From NCBI GenBank assembly GCA_964533855.1, contig CAZHNM010000002.1, positions 16,862 through 80,861 of the forward strand: DNA of 64,000 nt, given 5' to 3'. Source of the DNA: an uncultured Brevinematales bacterium. GTDB taxonomy: Bacteria > Spirochaetota > Brevinematia > Brevinematales > JAOACQ01. This document shows positions 40,218 through 48,769 of this stretch, piece after piece. Each line of letters starts with the position of its first letter. Within the stretch, counting starts at the first letter, position 1. The notes beneath the pieces are model-generated. The model saw only the letters and a program-made list of their open reading frames with translations, was not told the DNA's origin and made no database searches. The position numbers were made by a program, and so were the translations under genes.

Positions 40218-41132
40218 ATGTTTGAGGTTTTTTATCAGGTTCTTCTGCCTGTTGTCCTGATTTTTGCCGCCGGTTTTCTCATAGGCAGGCTCTTTCCGAT
40301 AAACAGGAAATCTTTTTCAATAATATCCCTGTACCTCCTGACGCCGGCTCTGGTATTTTCCTCGATTTACGGATACAGGGATTTTTTTTCAGGGACTACC
40401 CTTAATATTTTCATTGTCATTTCATTAATTATCTTGTTAACAATTGCGGCAGTCGAGATATTGGATCTGATCTTTCGTTTTGAAAAGAGTTTTAAGACGG
40501 TGCTCCTGCTATCGCTGATCCTGACAAATTCAGGGAATTTCGGACTTCCCGTCACACAATACGCCTTCGGAATACAGGGCCTTCTAACAGGAACCCTCGC
40601 TATGGTTTTTTATATATTTTATACTCACACAGCAGGAGTTATTATAGCCGCTTCCGATAAAAGCTCCGTTAAAGAATCTTTCTTCAAGATGCTTCAAATA
40701 CCTGTTTTTTATGCCTTTGCAGCCGCTATGGCCCTGAATTATTTTAAAGTACCTATACCAGCCCAGATTTCGGGCAGCATTCGGGACTTAGGCTACAGCG
40801 GAATAACCCTGAATCTTCTTTTCGTTGGCATTACGCTCTCGGATATAAAAATAAACAGGAATATACTTGGCGTTTCACTGATAAGCATAGTGAAATTGGT
40901 TGTAATACCTCTCGCGGCTTTTCCTATTCTCGTATTATCAGGCTTAAAAGGACTTGATTTGAAAGTAACATTGACCCAGATTGCCATGCCCTCGGCGATT
41001 TACTGCACGATTCTGGCAAGCCATTTCGAAAGCGATGTCAAATTAGCAAGCGAAATCGTCCTGGCGTCTCTTCTTCTAAGTATTGTAAGCCTTTCGGGTC
41101 TTATATATTTGCTTAACTTATTTATAAAATAA
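40218..41132 (+). CDS. AEC (auxin efflux carrier) family transporter
   Basis: 304 aa with about 10 hydrophobic helices. The N-terminus MFEVFYQVLLPVVLIFAAGFLIGR is typical of the family. Confidence 0.7.
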   Translation: MFEVFYQVLLPVVLIFAAGFLIGRLFPINRKSFSIISLYLLTPALVFSSIYGYRDFFSGTTLNIFIVISLIILLTIAAVEILDLIFRFEKSFKTVLLLSLILTNSGNFGLPVTQYAFGIQGLLTGTLAMVFYIFYTHTAGVIIAASDKSSVKESFFKMLQIPVFYAFAAAMALNYFKVPIPAQISGSIRDLGYSGITLNLLFVGITLSDIKINRNILGVSLISIVKLVVIPLAAFPILVLSGLKGLDLKVTLTQIAMPSAIYCTILASHFESDVKLASEIVLASLLLSIVSLSGLIYLLNLFIK

Positions 41133-41140
41133 ATACTACC

Positions 41141-41251
41141 GGGCACTTCTAATAACTGCCCCTCTGGGGCAGCAAGGTAGTGCCCATTGGGCGGAATTAT
41201 TAGATTTATTACTAAGTTTGTTTTCAAAAATCCAGTTTTTGGAACCGCCCT
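41141..41251 (+). repeat. copy 1 (compact, 111 nt) of a two-copy structured intergenic module
   Basis: Four segments are identical to copy 2: GGGCACTTCTAATAACTGCCCC, GGTAGTGC, CATTGGGCGGAATTATTAGAT and AGTTTTTGGAACCGCCCT. Internal complementarities are GGGCACT/AGTGCCC, CTGCCCC/GGGGCAG, TCTAATAA/TTATTAGA and GGGCGG/CCGCCC. Confidence 0.85.
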
Positions 41252-41328
41252 ACCGATAATCAGATATTAGTACTTGTGCTAAGCCTCTGTTCTATGATAA
41301 AATACTGTATTGAGAAGGGAGTTTCTTA

Positions 41329-42471
41329 ATGGCTTCAATTGAATTCCAGATTCCTACGAATATTATCTGCGGCGCGGACAGTCTGCAGAAATTATCAGAA
41401 ATAGCATGCCCCAATAATGAAAAAGTTGTTATGGTCTGTGAAAAAAAATATTCCGAAACCGGGGTAACCCAGAGGATAAAGAGGCTTATAGAAGGTTATG
41501 CCTACGATATAATAATTTATGAAATTCCATCATTTGCGAATACAAAAGACTTATTTGAAGGCGTCAATATAGCTAAATCCAGCCGTACCGATGTCGTTAT
41601 CGGAGTAGGCGGAGAAAACGTGCTTTCCGTAGCCAAATGCATAGCCCAGTTCAGCACTCAGGAAGTATCGAAAACGGATCAGAAGGGTTCAAGGGTGAAT
41701 GTTAAAAAGGTCCGTTATATAGAAGTGCCTGCCATCCAGGTTGTTACCTGGGGCATTATCCCTATAACCTATGTGATCGATGAAACCGACAGCGTACGCA
41801 AGCCGTATTCGGATAAAGCTTCTTATGCCGAAGCACTGATTATTGATCCTCTTATAACCGAGGATGTCCCGCTCAACGATTTAATATACTCGAGCCTTGA
41901 GGGCATATCATATTCTTTCGATGCATATATTTCAAAAAAGTCGAATCCTATTTCCGATTCCCTGAGCCTTAAGGCAATAGAATATCTCAGCGTTAATCTA
42001 AAGAGGCTTGCGCTGGAGCCGGCAAATACAAAGATCAAGGGAAACCTTTCCATAGGTACACTGTTAGCGTCGATGGCAGTTTACGGGTCATCTCCCGGCC
42101 TGTCGGCGGCTTGCGCAATGGGCCTTTCAGCTTCATCAAGCACTTCTCAGCAGATAGGATCGGGTGTGATCCTTCCCCATGTTATGGAATTCAATCTTAC
42201 AGCTGCCGCTAACAAGTTTATACAGATAGCGATGGCCCTGGGAGAAAAGGTGGCCGATATCACGGTTATCGAAGCCGCTATTATGGCGATAGAATCTATC
42301 AGGAGACTGATGATGGATCTTCATATACCCCAGCGTCTTATGGAATATAAAATCGATCAGGAAATGATAAACAAAGCGTCCCAGACCGCCTCGGAATATG
42401 ACTTTTTATCTTATTCTCCCAGGCCCGCCGGACGAAGCGAAATACATGAAATATTTTCAGCGGCGCTTTAA
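41329..42471 (+). CDS. iron-containing alcohol dehydrogenase family protein, apparently lacking the canonical metal ligands
   Basis: 380 aa with family-typical motifs (QIPTNIICGADSL, GVGGENVLSVAK, ILPHVMEFN). GGGS is replaced by GGEN, the DxxxH region reads EGISYSFD, and no His pair precedes LPHVMEFN. Confidence 0.65.
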   Translation: MASIEFQIPTNIICGADSLQKLSEIACPNNEKVVMVCEKKYSETGVTQRIKRLIEGYAYDIIIYEIPSFANTKDLFEGVNIAKSSRTDVVIGVGGENVLSVAKCIAQFSTQEVSKTDQKGSRVNVKKVRYIEVPAIQVVTWGIIPITYVIDETDSVRKPYSDKASYAEALIIDPLITEDVPLNDLIYSSLEGISYSFDAYISKKSNPISDSLSLKAIEYLSVNLKRLALEPANTKIKGNLSIGTLLASMAVYGSSPGLSAACAMGLSASSSTSQQIGSGVILPHVMEFNLTAAANKFIQIAMALGEKVADITVIEAAIMAIESIRRLMMDLHIPQRLMEYKIDQEMINKASQTASEYDFLSYSPRPAGRSEIHEIFSAAL

Positions 42472-42488
42472 ACGGAGAGGAGAGAAAT

Positions 42489-44243
42489 ATGGCTTTGAAA
42501 ATAGACGACTTGCAGGCAGTCCTTGATATTAATAGAAAGATAAATTCCATAGAAGATGTTAGAAGCATTCTTAACGATATTTCACATTATGCCGGAGAGC
42601 TTCTGAAAGCCGAGGGGGCTTCCATCCTTCTTGTCGATCCTGAAACAGGCAACCTGTTTTTTGAAGTCGCTTTCGGTGAAAATGCCGACGCCCTGAGCAA
42701 TGTTATTGTTCCAAAGGGCAAGGGTATTGCCGGATATGCCGCCCAGAAAAAAGAACATGTTATTGTATACGATGCTGAAAATGACGACAGGTTTTATAAA
42801 GAGGTGGACCAGAAGACCAATCTCAAAACGAAAAGCCTCCTTGCAATGCCGCTCATCCATAATGATAATGCGATAGGGGTGATAGAAGTCATAAATCCGG
42901 CCCGAAAGGTTTTCACGGATGACGATGTGATACTTTTGAAGCAGTTTGCCGAACAGGCGGCAACCGCGATCGCCAATGCCCTTCTTTATAAAGCCGCACA
43001 GATGAGGTCCAAGGAGCTGGAATATCTATACCAGATTTCAAATCTCACCAATCTTACATATGACAGGAAAGTCCTTTTTGCAAAGATAGTTGAACTTCTT
43101 TCGAAAATCTTTAATTCACACCGCGTTTCGATAATGTTCATCAATGAAAAAACAGGAAACCTTTATATAGAGAGCGCAATTGGAATGCCTCAGGACGTAG
43201 TTGATAAGATGGAACACAGCCTTGATATAGATAAAATTTCAAGCAGGGCAATCAAGCAGGGTAAAACATTTTATTCAAACGATATTGAAAAGACAGGGCT
43301 CGGCAGAAATAAAAGGTTCAGATATAAAAACACAAGCTTTATAAGCTGCCCCATCAAAATAAAGAATATATGCGTCGGCGTGATTAACATTTCCGAACCG
43401 AAGAAATGGGCCCGGTATACGCCAGAAATGATTAAAACCTTAAGAACAATAGCAAACCAGGTCGGGTATACCTATGAAAGCATGCTCAGTTACATCAAGC
43501 AGCTCGAACATGAAAAAATAAAGAAAGAAATCGAAATCATGAAGACCCTCCAGAATGCACTTTTGATAAGCGATTTCAATTCGTTTAAAACCGTATCGGT
43601 TTTTGCAAAGATGCTGACTGCAGAGATCGTCGGCGGTGATTTTTACGATATTTACAATCTGACTCCCAACAGGATCGGCTTCGTAATCGGAGACGTTTCA
43701 GGCAAGGGGCTTCCCGCCTCCCTTTACATGGCGGTATCGAGGAGCGTGGTGAAAGCATATGCCTTTCATACAAAGGAGCCGCACAGGCTGCTTGAGTATT
43801 CGAACGATATTCTCGTTGAAGATTCGAGAGTAGGTATGTTTGTTACCATGTTTTACGGGTGCATAGACCTCAACAGGATGGCTCTTGAATATTCCAATGC
43901 GGGCCATAATCTTCAATACCTTTACAAACCTGATGAGGGGCTATTCATATCCCTGTCGAGCAAAGGGATACCTTTAGGCATATCAAAATCTGAAAATTAT
44001 GTCTCGACGACAACCCAGCTTGAACATGGGGATATAATTTTCTGTTTTACCGACGGGATTATCGACGCCGTTAATGATAAAGGAACGGATTTCGGCCTGG
44101 ACAGGCTTAAGAGGATTTTCAGGGAATATTCTTCACTGAACGCTTCTGCAATCGTAAACATCATTTTCAGGGAACTCGATCTGTGGTCGAACGGCGCGCC
44201 GCAGTGGGACGACATGACATTGCTTGTATTCAAGATACCTTAA
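42489..44243 (+). CDS. GAF-GAF-PP2C (SpoIIE-type) serine/threonine phosphatase
   Basis: 584 aa with two GAF-like regions. The SpoIIE/PP2C motifs are GGDFYDIY, IGDVSGKGLPASLYM, TDGIIDA and DDMTLLVFK. Confidence 0.8.
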   Translation: MALKIDDLQAVLDINRKINSIEDVRSILNDISHYAGELLKAEGASILLVDPETGNLFFEVAFGENADALSNVIVPKGKGIAGYAAQKKEHVIVYDAENDDRFYKEVDQKTNLKTKSLLAMPLIHNDNAIGVIEVINPARKVFTDDDVILLKQFAEQAATAIANALLYKAAQMRSKELEYLYQISNLTNLTYDRKVLFAKIVELLSKIFNSHRVSIMFINEKTGNLYIESAIGMPQDVVDKMEHSLDIDKISSRAIKQGKTFYSNDIEKTGLGRNKRFRYKNTSFISCPIKIKNICVGVINISEPKKWARYTPEMIKTLRTIANQVGYTYESMLSYIKQLEHEKIKKEIEIMKTLQNALLISDFNSFKTVSVFAKMLTAEIVGGDFYDIYNLTPNRIGFVIGDVSGKGLPASLYMAVSRSVVKAYAFHTKEPHRLLEYSNDILVEDSRVGMFVTMFYGCIDLNRMALEYSNAGHNLQYLYKPDEGLFISLSSKGIPLGISKSENYVSTTTQLEHGDIIFCFTDGIIDAVNDKGTDFGLDRLKRIFREYSSLNASAIVNIIFRELDLWSNGAPQWDDMTLLVFKIP

Positions 44244-44917
44244 TGTCCGGCATATTGACCTATCCTGACTTTTTTACCGGAAATATCATATCGGGAACCA
44301 CCCTGAGGGGAACGGATTTCTCGCTAATCCCCGGGGAGGGTTTTGCCGGGCCCGTCGTGCTTAACCAGGTCCATTCAGACAGGATCCATTATATCGATCC
44401 CTTCAATATAAAGAAATACTTAGAAGAGCCCTTTATTGAAGGAGACGGACTTTTTACTGCCTACTCGGGACTGCTTCTCGCTGTCCGGACCGCCGATTGC
44501 GTCCCCCTGTTTTACACGGACAGTCAGGCCGGAATAGCGGGCATTGTGCATGCAGGGTGGAGGGGAATAAAAAAAGGCATCCATTTAAAAATGATCGATG
44601 AGATAAAAAATAAACTCTTTATAGTGGCAGGAGACATTTTTGTGATGTTAGGGCCGCATATCCGCAAATGCTGCTATGAAGTAGGGAAAGATATGATTAA
44701 AGAGTTTGGAAATGATAATTTTGAAAACAGGGACGGCAGGCTTTATTTCGGTCTCGAGGCCCGGATTACTGCCGACCTGATTAAAAAAGGGGTTCCTGCC
44801 GGGAACATATCCTCGGCCGGAAAATGCACAATGTGCTCCGCCGATTTGCGCTTTTATTCATACCGCAGCGGGGACAGGGAAGAGAGGATGCTTTCGTTTA
44901 TAGGGATGAATTCTTAG
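44243..44917 (+). CDS. pgeF: peptidoglycan editing factor PgeF (YfiH / DUF152 laccase-domain protein)
   Basis: Motifs QVHSDRI, RTADCVPL, HAGWRG and CTMC. The ATG overlaps the upstream stop by 1 nt. The ORF track's earlier start at 44183 lies inside the phosphatase gene. Confidence 0.85.
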   Translation: MSGILTYPDFFTGNIISGTTLRGTDFSLIPGEGFAGPVVLNQVHSDRIHYIDPFNIKKYLEEPFIEGDGLFTAYSGLLLAVRTADCVPLFYTDSQAGIAGIVHAGWRGIKKGIHLKMIDEIKNKLFIVAGDIFVMLGPHIRKCCYEVGKDMIKEFGNDNFENRDGRLYFGLEARITADLIKKGVPAGNISSAGKCTMCSADLRFYSYRSGDREERMLSFIGMNS

Positions 44918-44926
44918 TTTTCAAGC

Positions 44927-47002
44927 CTACATTTTAATATTATACTCTTCCATCTTGCTGCGGAGAGTATTCCTGTTTATGCCCAGGAATTCCGAGGTTT
45001 TAACCTTGTTGCGGTTGTTGAACATCAGGGATCTTGTTATCAATTCCTTTTCAATATGCCCGATGATCCTCTCATAAAGTTTCCCGTCGCCGGAAGAATT
45101 TTTAACAAAACCTTCTATCCATTTGCTGATATGTATATCCGGAACCTCTTCGATATCCATCAGGAAAGAAGGAAGATTAGCTACTTCTATTGTCTGGGTC
45201 TGGCAGAGAAGGACTGCGCGTTCTATTACGTTCTCGAGCTCCCTGATATTGCCGGGCCAGTTGTAGGACTGCAGAAGCCTCAGGGATTCCTGTGAAATCC
45301 CATGAACGTTCTTGCTGTCGCGCGACGAATATTTTTTAATAAAATGATTCACAAGCAGGGGAATGTCGTCTTTCCTGTTGCGGAGAGGGGGGACCTTGAC
45401 CTCGATGACATCGAGGCGGTAATAAAGGTCTTCCCTGAATTTCCCGTCTTTTATCAGTTTATCGAGCTCTTTATTCGTTGCGGAAATTATCCTGATGTCG
45501 ATCTTGATTTTAATCTCGCTTCCAAGAGGTTCAATTTCCCTTTCCTGGATCGCCCTTAAAAGCTTTGCCTGGAGATAAAGAGGCATATCTCCGATTTCAT
45601 CGAGAAATATTGTCCCGCCGTTAGCGAGCTGGAATTTTCCCTTCTTATCGGCGGAGGCTCCTGTAAAAGCGCCTTTTTTATATCCGAAGAGCTCGCTTTC
45701 GAGAAGATTTTCAGGGATTGATGCGCAATTTATGCTGATAAACGGGGCGTCCCTTCTGCTGCTTCCCACATGGAGAGCCTGGGCGACAAGTTCCTTGCCT
45801 GTTCCGCTTTCACCAAGGATCATTATCGATGAACTGCTGTCGGATACTGTCCTGATAAGTTCAAAAACCGCGATCATCAGCTTGTTTTTACCTATGATAT
45901 TGTCGACAGCGAAATTTTTGAAAAGCTCTTTTTTCAGACTGAGGTTTTCAGCGATAAGGTTCTCTTTATCTTTGTATATCCTCTCCCAGGATTTAACCTT
46001 GTTAGCTATAATATTGGCAACGAGAGTCATCAGGTCTTCTTCATCAAGGAGCATCGAGTCACTTTCATAATATTTTTCAACAGCTAACACACCGACAACT
46101 ATACCCTCGATCTTTATCGGTACCGCGATAAAAGATATAGGGATGTTTTTGTCTCTCTTGATCTGAAGCCTGTTCAGATAGGAATCATCCTTGTTGATGT
46201 CCTTCACCGTGACTGCCTTTCCCGTTTCAACAACCCTTCCTACCACTCCTTCGCCTACCTTGTAAATGCCTCTTGACATTTCTTCATCAGTAATATTATA
46301 AGCATTATAAATAGACAATTTATTAGGTTCGTCTTTTTCGAAAAGAACTAGCATGCCCCTGTAGATTCCGAAACTGTCAGCTAATTTTTTCATCACGATC
46401 TCAAATGAATCGGACAGTTCGAATATTTTTTCTATGCTCTGCGAAATATCCAGAAGGATGTCTTTTAATTTTATCTTGCTTTCTAATTGGTGGTTAAGAT
46501 TTGTCCTGACAAGTATCTGTGCCGCCTGATTTGAAATAGTCTGGAGAAATTCCATATCGTCTTCTGTGAAAGCGCCGGTTTTAGCGCTGTCGACATTGAC
46601 CACGCCGATGATTTTACCCTGGACCGACAGGGGCACAGCAAGTTCGGCTTTTATATCCTTACGAACGGGTAAATAAAACGGATCGATGCTTACATCATTG
46701 ACAAGCCTGGGTATGCCGTCCTGGAATACGGTTCCTGTAAGCCCTTCGCCGACCTCAATAGGAGTATTGAAAACCATGTCCTCATCCAGCCCCTTGAAAG
46801 CCTCGTACCTGAGATGTCTTGAACCGGGGTCTTTTATCATGATCGAACCGCTGTCCGCTCCAGTGATAGAAATACATTTATCGAGCATAATCTTCAGGAG
46901 TTCCTGGGAATCGGATGTCTCATTCATGGCTATTGTGAGGTATTGGATAAGCTTCAGCCTTTTGATTTTTTCTTCAAGTTCTTTGGTATAATTACCTTCC
47001 AT
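44927..47002 (-). CDS. sigma-54-dependent transcriptional activator (GAF-GAF-AAA+-HTH, no receiver domain)
   Basis: About 691 aa with Walker A GESGTGKE, GAFTGA, ELFGYKKGAFTGA and a C-terminal Fis-type HTH. I chose the ATG at 47002 (MEGNYT). The ORF track uses TTG at 47014. Confidence 0.9.
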   Translation of the reverse strand: MEGNYTKELEEKIKRLKLIQYLTIAMNETSDSQELLKIMLDKCISITGADSGSIMIKDPGSRHLRYEAFKGLDEDMVFNTPIEVGEGLTGTVFQDGIPRLVNDVSIDPFYLPVRKDIKAELAVPLSVQGKIIGVVNVDSAKTGAFTEDDMEFLQTISNQAAQILVRTNLNHQLESKIKLKDILLDISQSIEKIFELSDSFEIVMKKLADSFGIYRGMLVLFEKDEPNKLSIYNAYNITDEEMSRGIYKVGEGVVGRVVETGKAVTVKDINKDDSYLNRLQIKRDKNIPISFIAVPIKIEGIVVGVLAVEKYYESDSMLLDEEDLMTLVANIIANKVKSWERIYKDKENLIAENLSLKKELFKNFAVDNIIGKNKLMIAVFELIRTVSDSSSSIMILGESGTGKELVAQALHVGSSRRDAPFISINCASIPENLLESELFGYKKGAFTGASADKKGKFQLANGGTIFLDEIGDMPLYLQAKLLRAIQEREIEPLGSEIKIKIDIRIISATNKELDKLIKDGKFREDLYYRLDVIEVKVPPLRNRKDDIPLLVNHFIKKYSSRDSKNVHGISQESLRLLQSYNWPGNIRELENVIERAVLLCQTQTIEVANLPSFLMDIEEVPDIHISKWIEGFVKNSSGDGKLYERIIGHIEKELITRSLMFNNRNKVKTSEFLGINRNTLRSKMEEYNIKM

Positions 47003-47182
47003 TCCAGACCTCAATATGTCTATTATTTAACCACTATTATAATAGGTGAGTAATTTATAAGCAAATAATTTTTTAAGATCAGAATAATAATTAATAAAAG
47101 TTGTAATTTAATTTTAATTAATTATAATTAAACATTGAAGAAAACAGAGAGATAAAGACAGGGTTGTTTCGGAATTTCGTTA

Positions 47183-47197
47183 TGGAACAATAATTGC
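47183..47197 (+). promoter_or_regulatory. sigma-54 (-24/-12) promoter upstream of glnA
   Basis: TGGAAC-AATAA-TTGCC matches TGGCAC-N5-TTGCW with correct GG-N10-GC spacing. It lies about 40 nt upstream of the glnA ATG and is divergent from a sigma-54 activator gene. Confidence 0.65.
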
Positions 47198-47238
47198 CGT
47201 AAACGATTAGCATAATTAAAATAAATTTGGAGGTATAT

Positions 47239-48657
47239 ATGGACGCTAAGGGTGTATTAGACCTGATAAAGAAAGAAGGCATAGTTCAGGTCGATTTACG
47301 TTTTATGGATTTTCCGGGAATGTGGCAGCACTGTACTTATCCTGTTTCAGAATTTAAGGATGACAGCCCTTTTACAGAAGGTTTGGGATTCGACGGTTCT
47401 TCAATCCGCGGCTGGCAGGGCATTAACGAATCAGATATGCTCCTGATGCCTGATCCGAGCACAGCAGTTATCGATCCTTTTACCCAGTATCCCACTCTTA
47501 TCATGATTGCGGATATCAAGGATCCTATCACACACCAGGAATACTCAAGAGACCCCAGGCATATCGCTAAAAAATCAGTTGATTATTTAAAAAGCACAGG
47601 CATCGGCGATATGATCTACTTCGGGCCTGAACTCGAGTTCTTCATATTCGATGATATAAGATACGGCCAGAACACCAAAGAAGGATTTTATCACATAGAT
47701 TCAGACGAAGGCGTCTGGAATACCGGAAGGGAAGAAGAATGCGGCAACAAGGGTTATAAGATCAGGCATAAAGAGGGATATTTCCCGGTACCCCCTTCAG
47801 ATTCTCTTATGGACCTCCGCAGTGAAATGGTCCAGATGCTTGAAAAAGTCGGCATCAGGGTCGAAGCTCACCATCATGAAGTTGCAACCGCGGGCCAGAC
47901 TGAAATCGACATGCGTTTCGACGAACTTGTCAGGATGGCCGACAAGGTCCTGATGTATAAATATGTAACAAAGCAAGTCGCTGTCAATAATTGCAAGACA
48001 GTTACCTTCATGCCCAAACCACTCTTCGGCGATAACGGAAGCGGCATGCATTGCCACCAGAGTATCTGGAAGAACGGCAAGAACCTCTTCGCCGGCAACA
48101 AATATGCAGGCTTCTCCCAGGAAGGCCTCTGGTATATCGGCGGTATTTTAAAGCATGCAAATGCTCTCGTCGCTATTACATGCCCGACTATGAATTCCTA
48201 CAAGCGGCTTGTGCCGGGCTTCGAAGCCCCTATTAAGCTTGCTTATTCGGCAAGGAACAGAAGCGCTGCTGTAAGAATACCTATGTATTCATCAAAAGAG
48301 AGCGCAAAGCGTCTTGAATTCAGGACACCCGATCCGAGCTGCAATCCTTACTTAGCTTTTGCCGCAATGACAATGGCAGGACTGGACGGCATCCAGAATA
48401 AAATTGACCCGGGCGAACCTATGGATAAAAATATTTACGACCTCCCGCCCGAAGAACAGGCTAAAGTCGGAAATATCCCTGGTTCTCTTGAAGAAGCACT
48501 GAACAACCTCAAGAACGACCATGAATTCCTCCTCAAGGGAGACGTCTTCACAAAAGATGTTATCGAAACATGGATCGACTACAAGATGGTGAATGAAGTA
48601 AGGGCTATCCAGCAGAGGCCGCATCCTTATGAATTCTTCCTGTACTATGACATTTAA
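47239..48657 (+). CDS. glnA: glutamine synthetase, type I
   Basis: About 472 aa with typical GSI sequence. NIYDLPPEE contains the adenylylation-site Tyr context. The ATG at 47239 follows GGAGG. Confidence 0.95.
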   Translation: MDAKGVLDLIKKEGIVQVDLRFMDFPGMWQHCTYPVSEFKDDSPFTEGLGFDGSSIRGWQGINESDMLLMPDPSTAVIDPFTQYPTLIMIADIKDPITHQEYSRDPRHIAKKSVDYLKSTGIGDMIYFGPELEFFIFDDIRYGQNTKEGFYHIDSDEGVWNTGREEECGNKGYKIRHKEGYFPVPPSDSLMDLRSEMVQMLEKVGIRVEAHHHEVATAGQTEIDMRFDELVRMADKVLMYKYVTKQVAVNNCKTVTFMPKPLFGDNGSGMHCHQSIWKNGKNLFAGNKYAGFSQEGLWYIGGILKHANALVAITCPTMNSYKRLVPGFEAPIKLAYSARNRSAAVRIPMYSSKESAKRLEFRTPDPSCNPYLAFAAMTMAGLDGIQNKIDPGEPMDKNIYDLPPEEQAKVGNIPGSLEEALNNLKNDHEFLLKGDVFTKDVIETWIDYKMVNEVRAIQQRPHPYEFFLYYDI

Positions 48658-48679
48658 ACAACAACCATATTAAAACAAG

Positions 48680-48709
48680 GCCCGTTCCGAAAGGAGCGGG
48701 CTTTTTTTT
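48680..48709 (+). terminator. Rho-independent terminator after glnA
   Basis: GCCCGTTCC-GAAA-GGAGCGGGC stem-loop followed by T8. Confidence 0.8.
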
Positions 48710-48769
48710 AGATTGAAATGTTGTTTCGGCAAAAAAAGCATGGTATGCTACGAAAAAAGGAAATTCAAA

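Noticed and set aside
41141-41205. Resemblance of GGGCACUU...hairpin...GGUAGUGC to the core of the c-di-GMP-II riboswitch as I remember it (GGGCACUU...AGUAGUGCAACCGACC), and of CUAAUAACUGCC to the twister ribozyme UAACACUGCC.
   Set aside because: The similarity covers only short stretches. The 5' domain and the AACCG tail of c-di-GMP-II, and the AAGC/GGGNGG elements of twister, are not evident. Copy 2 carries large insertions. I do not claim either class, but cmsearch with RF01786 and the twister models would settle it.
41235-41262. Possible promoter readings of the module tail: TGGAACCGCCC as a sigma-54 -24 element, and ACCGATAA after copy 1 as a sigma-28 -10.
   Set aside because: The GG-N10-GC spacing fails in both copies: position +13/14 is CC in copy 1 and AA in copy 2. 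The CCGATAA motif is present only after copy 1 and lacks a TAAA -35 at 15 nt.
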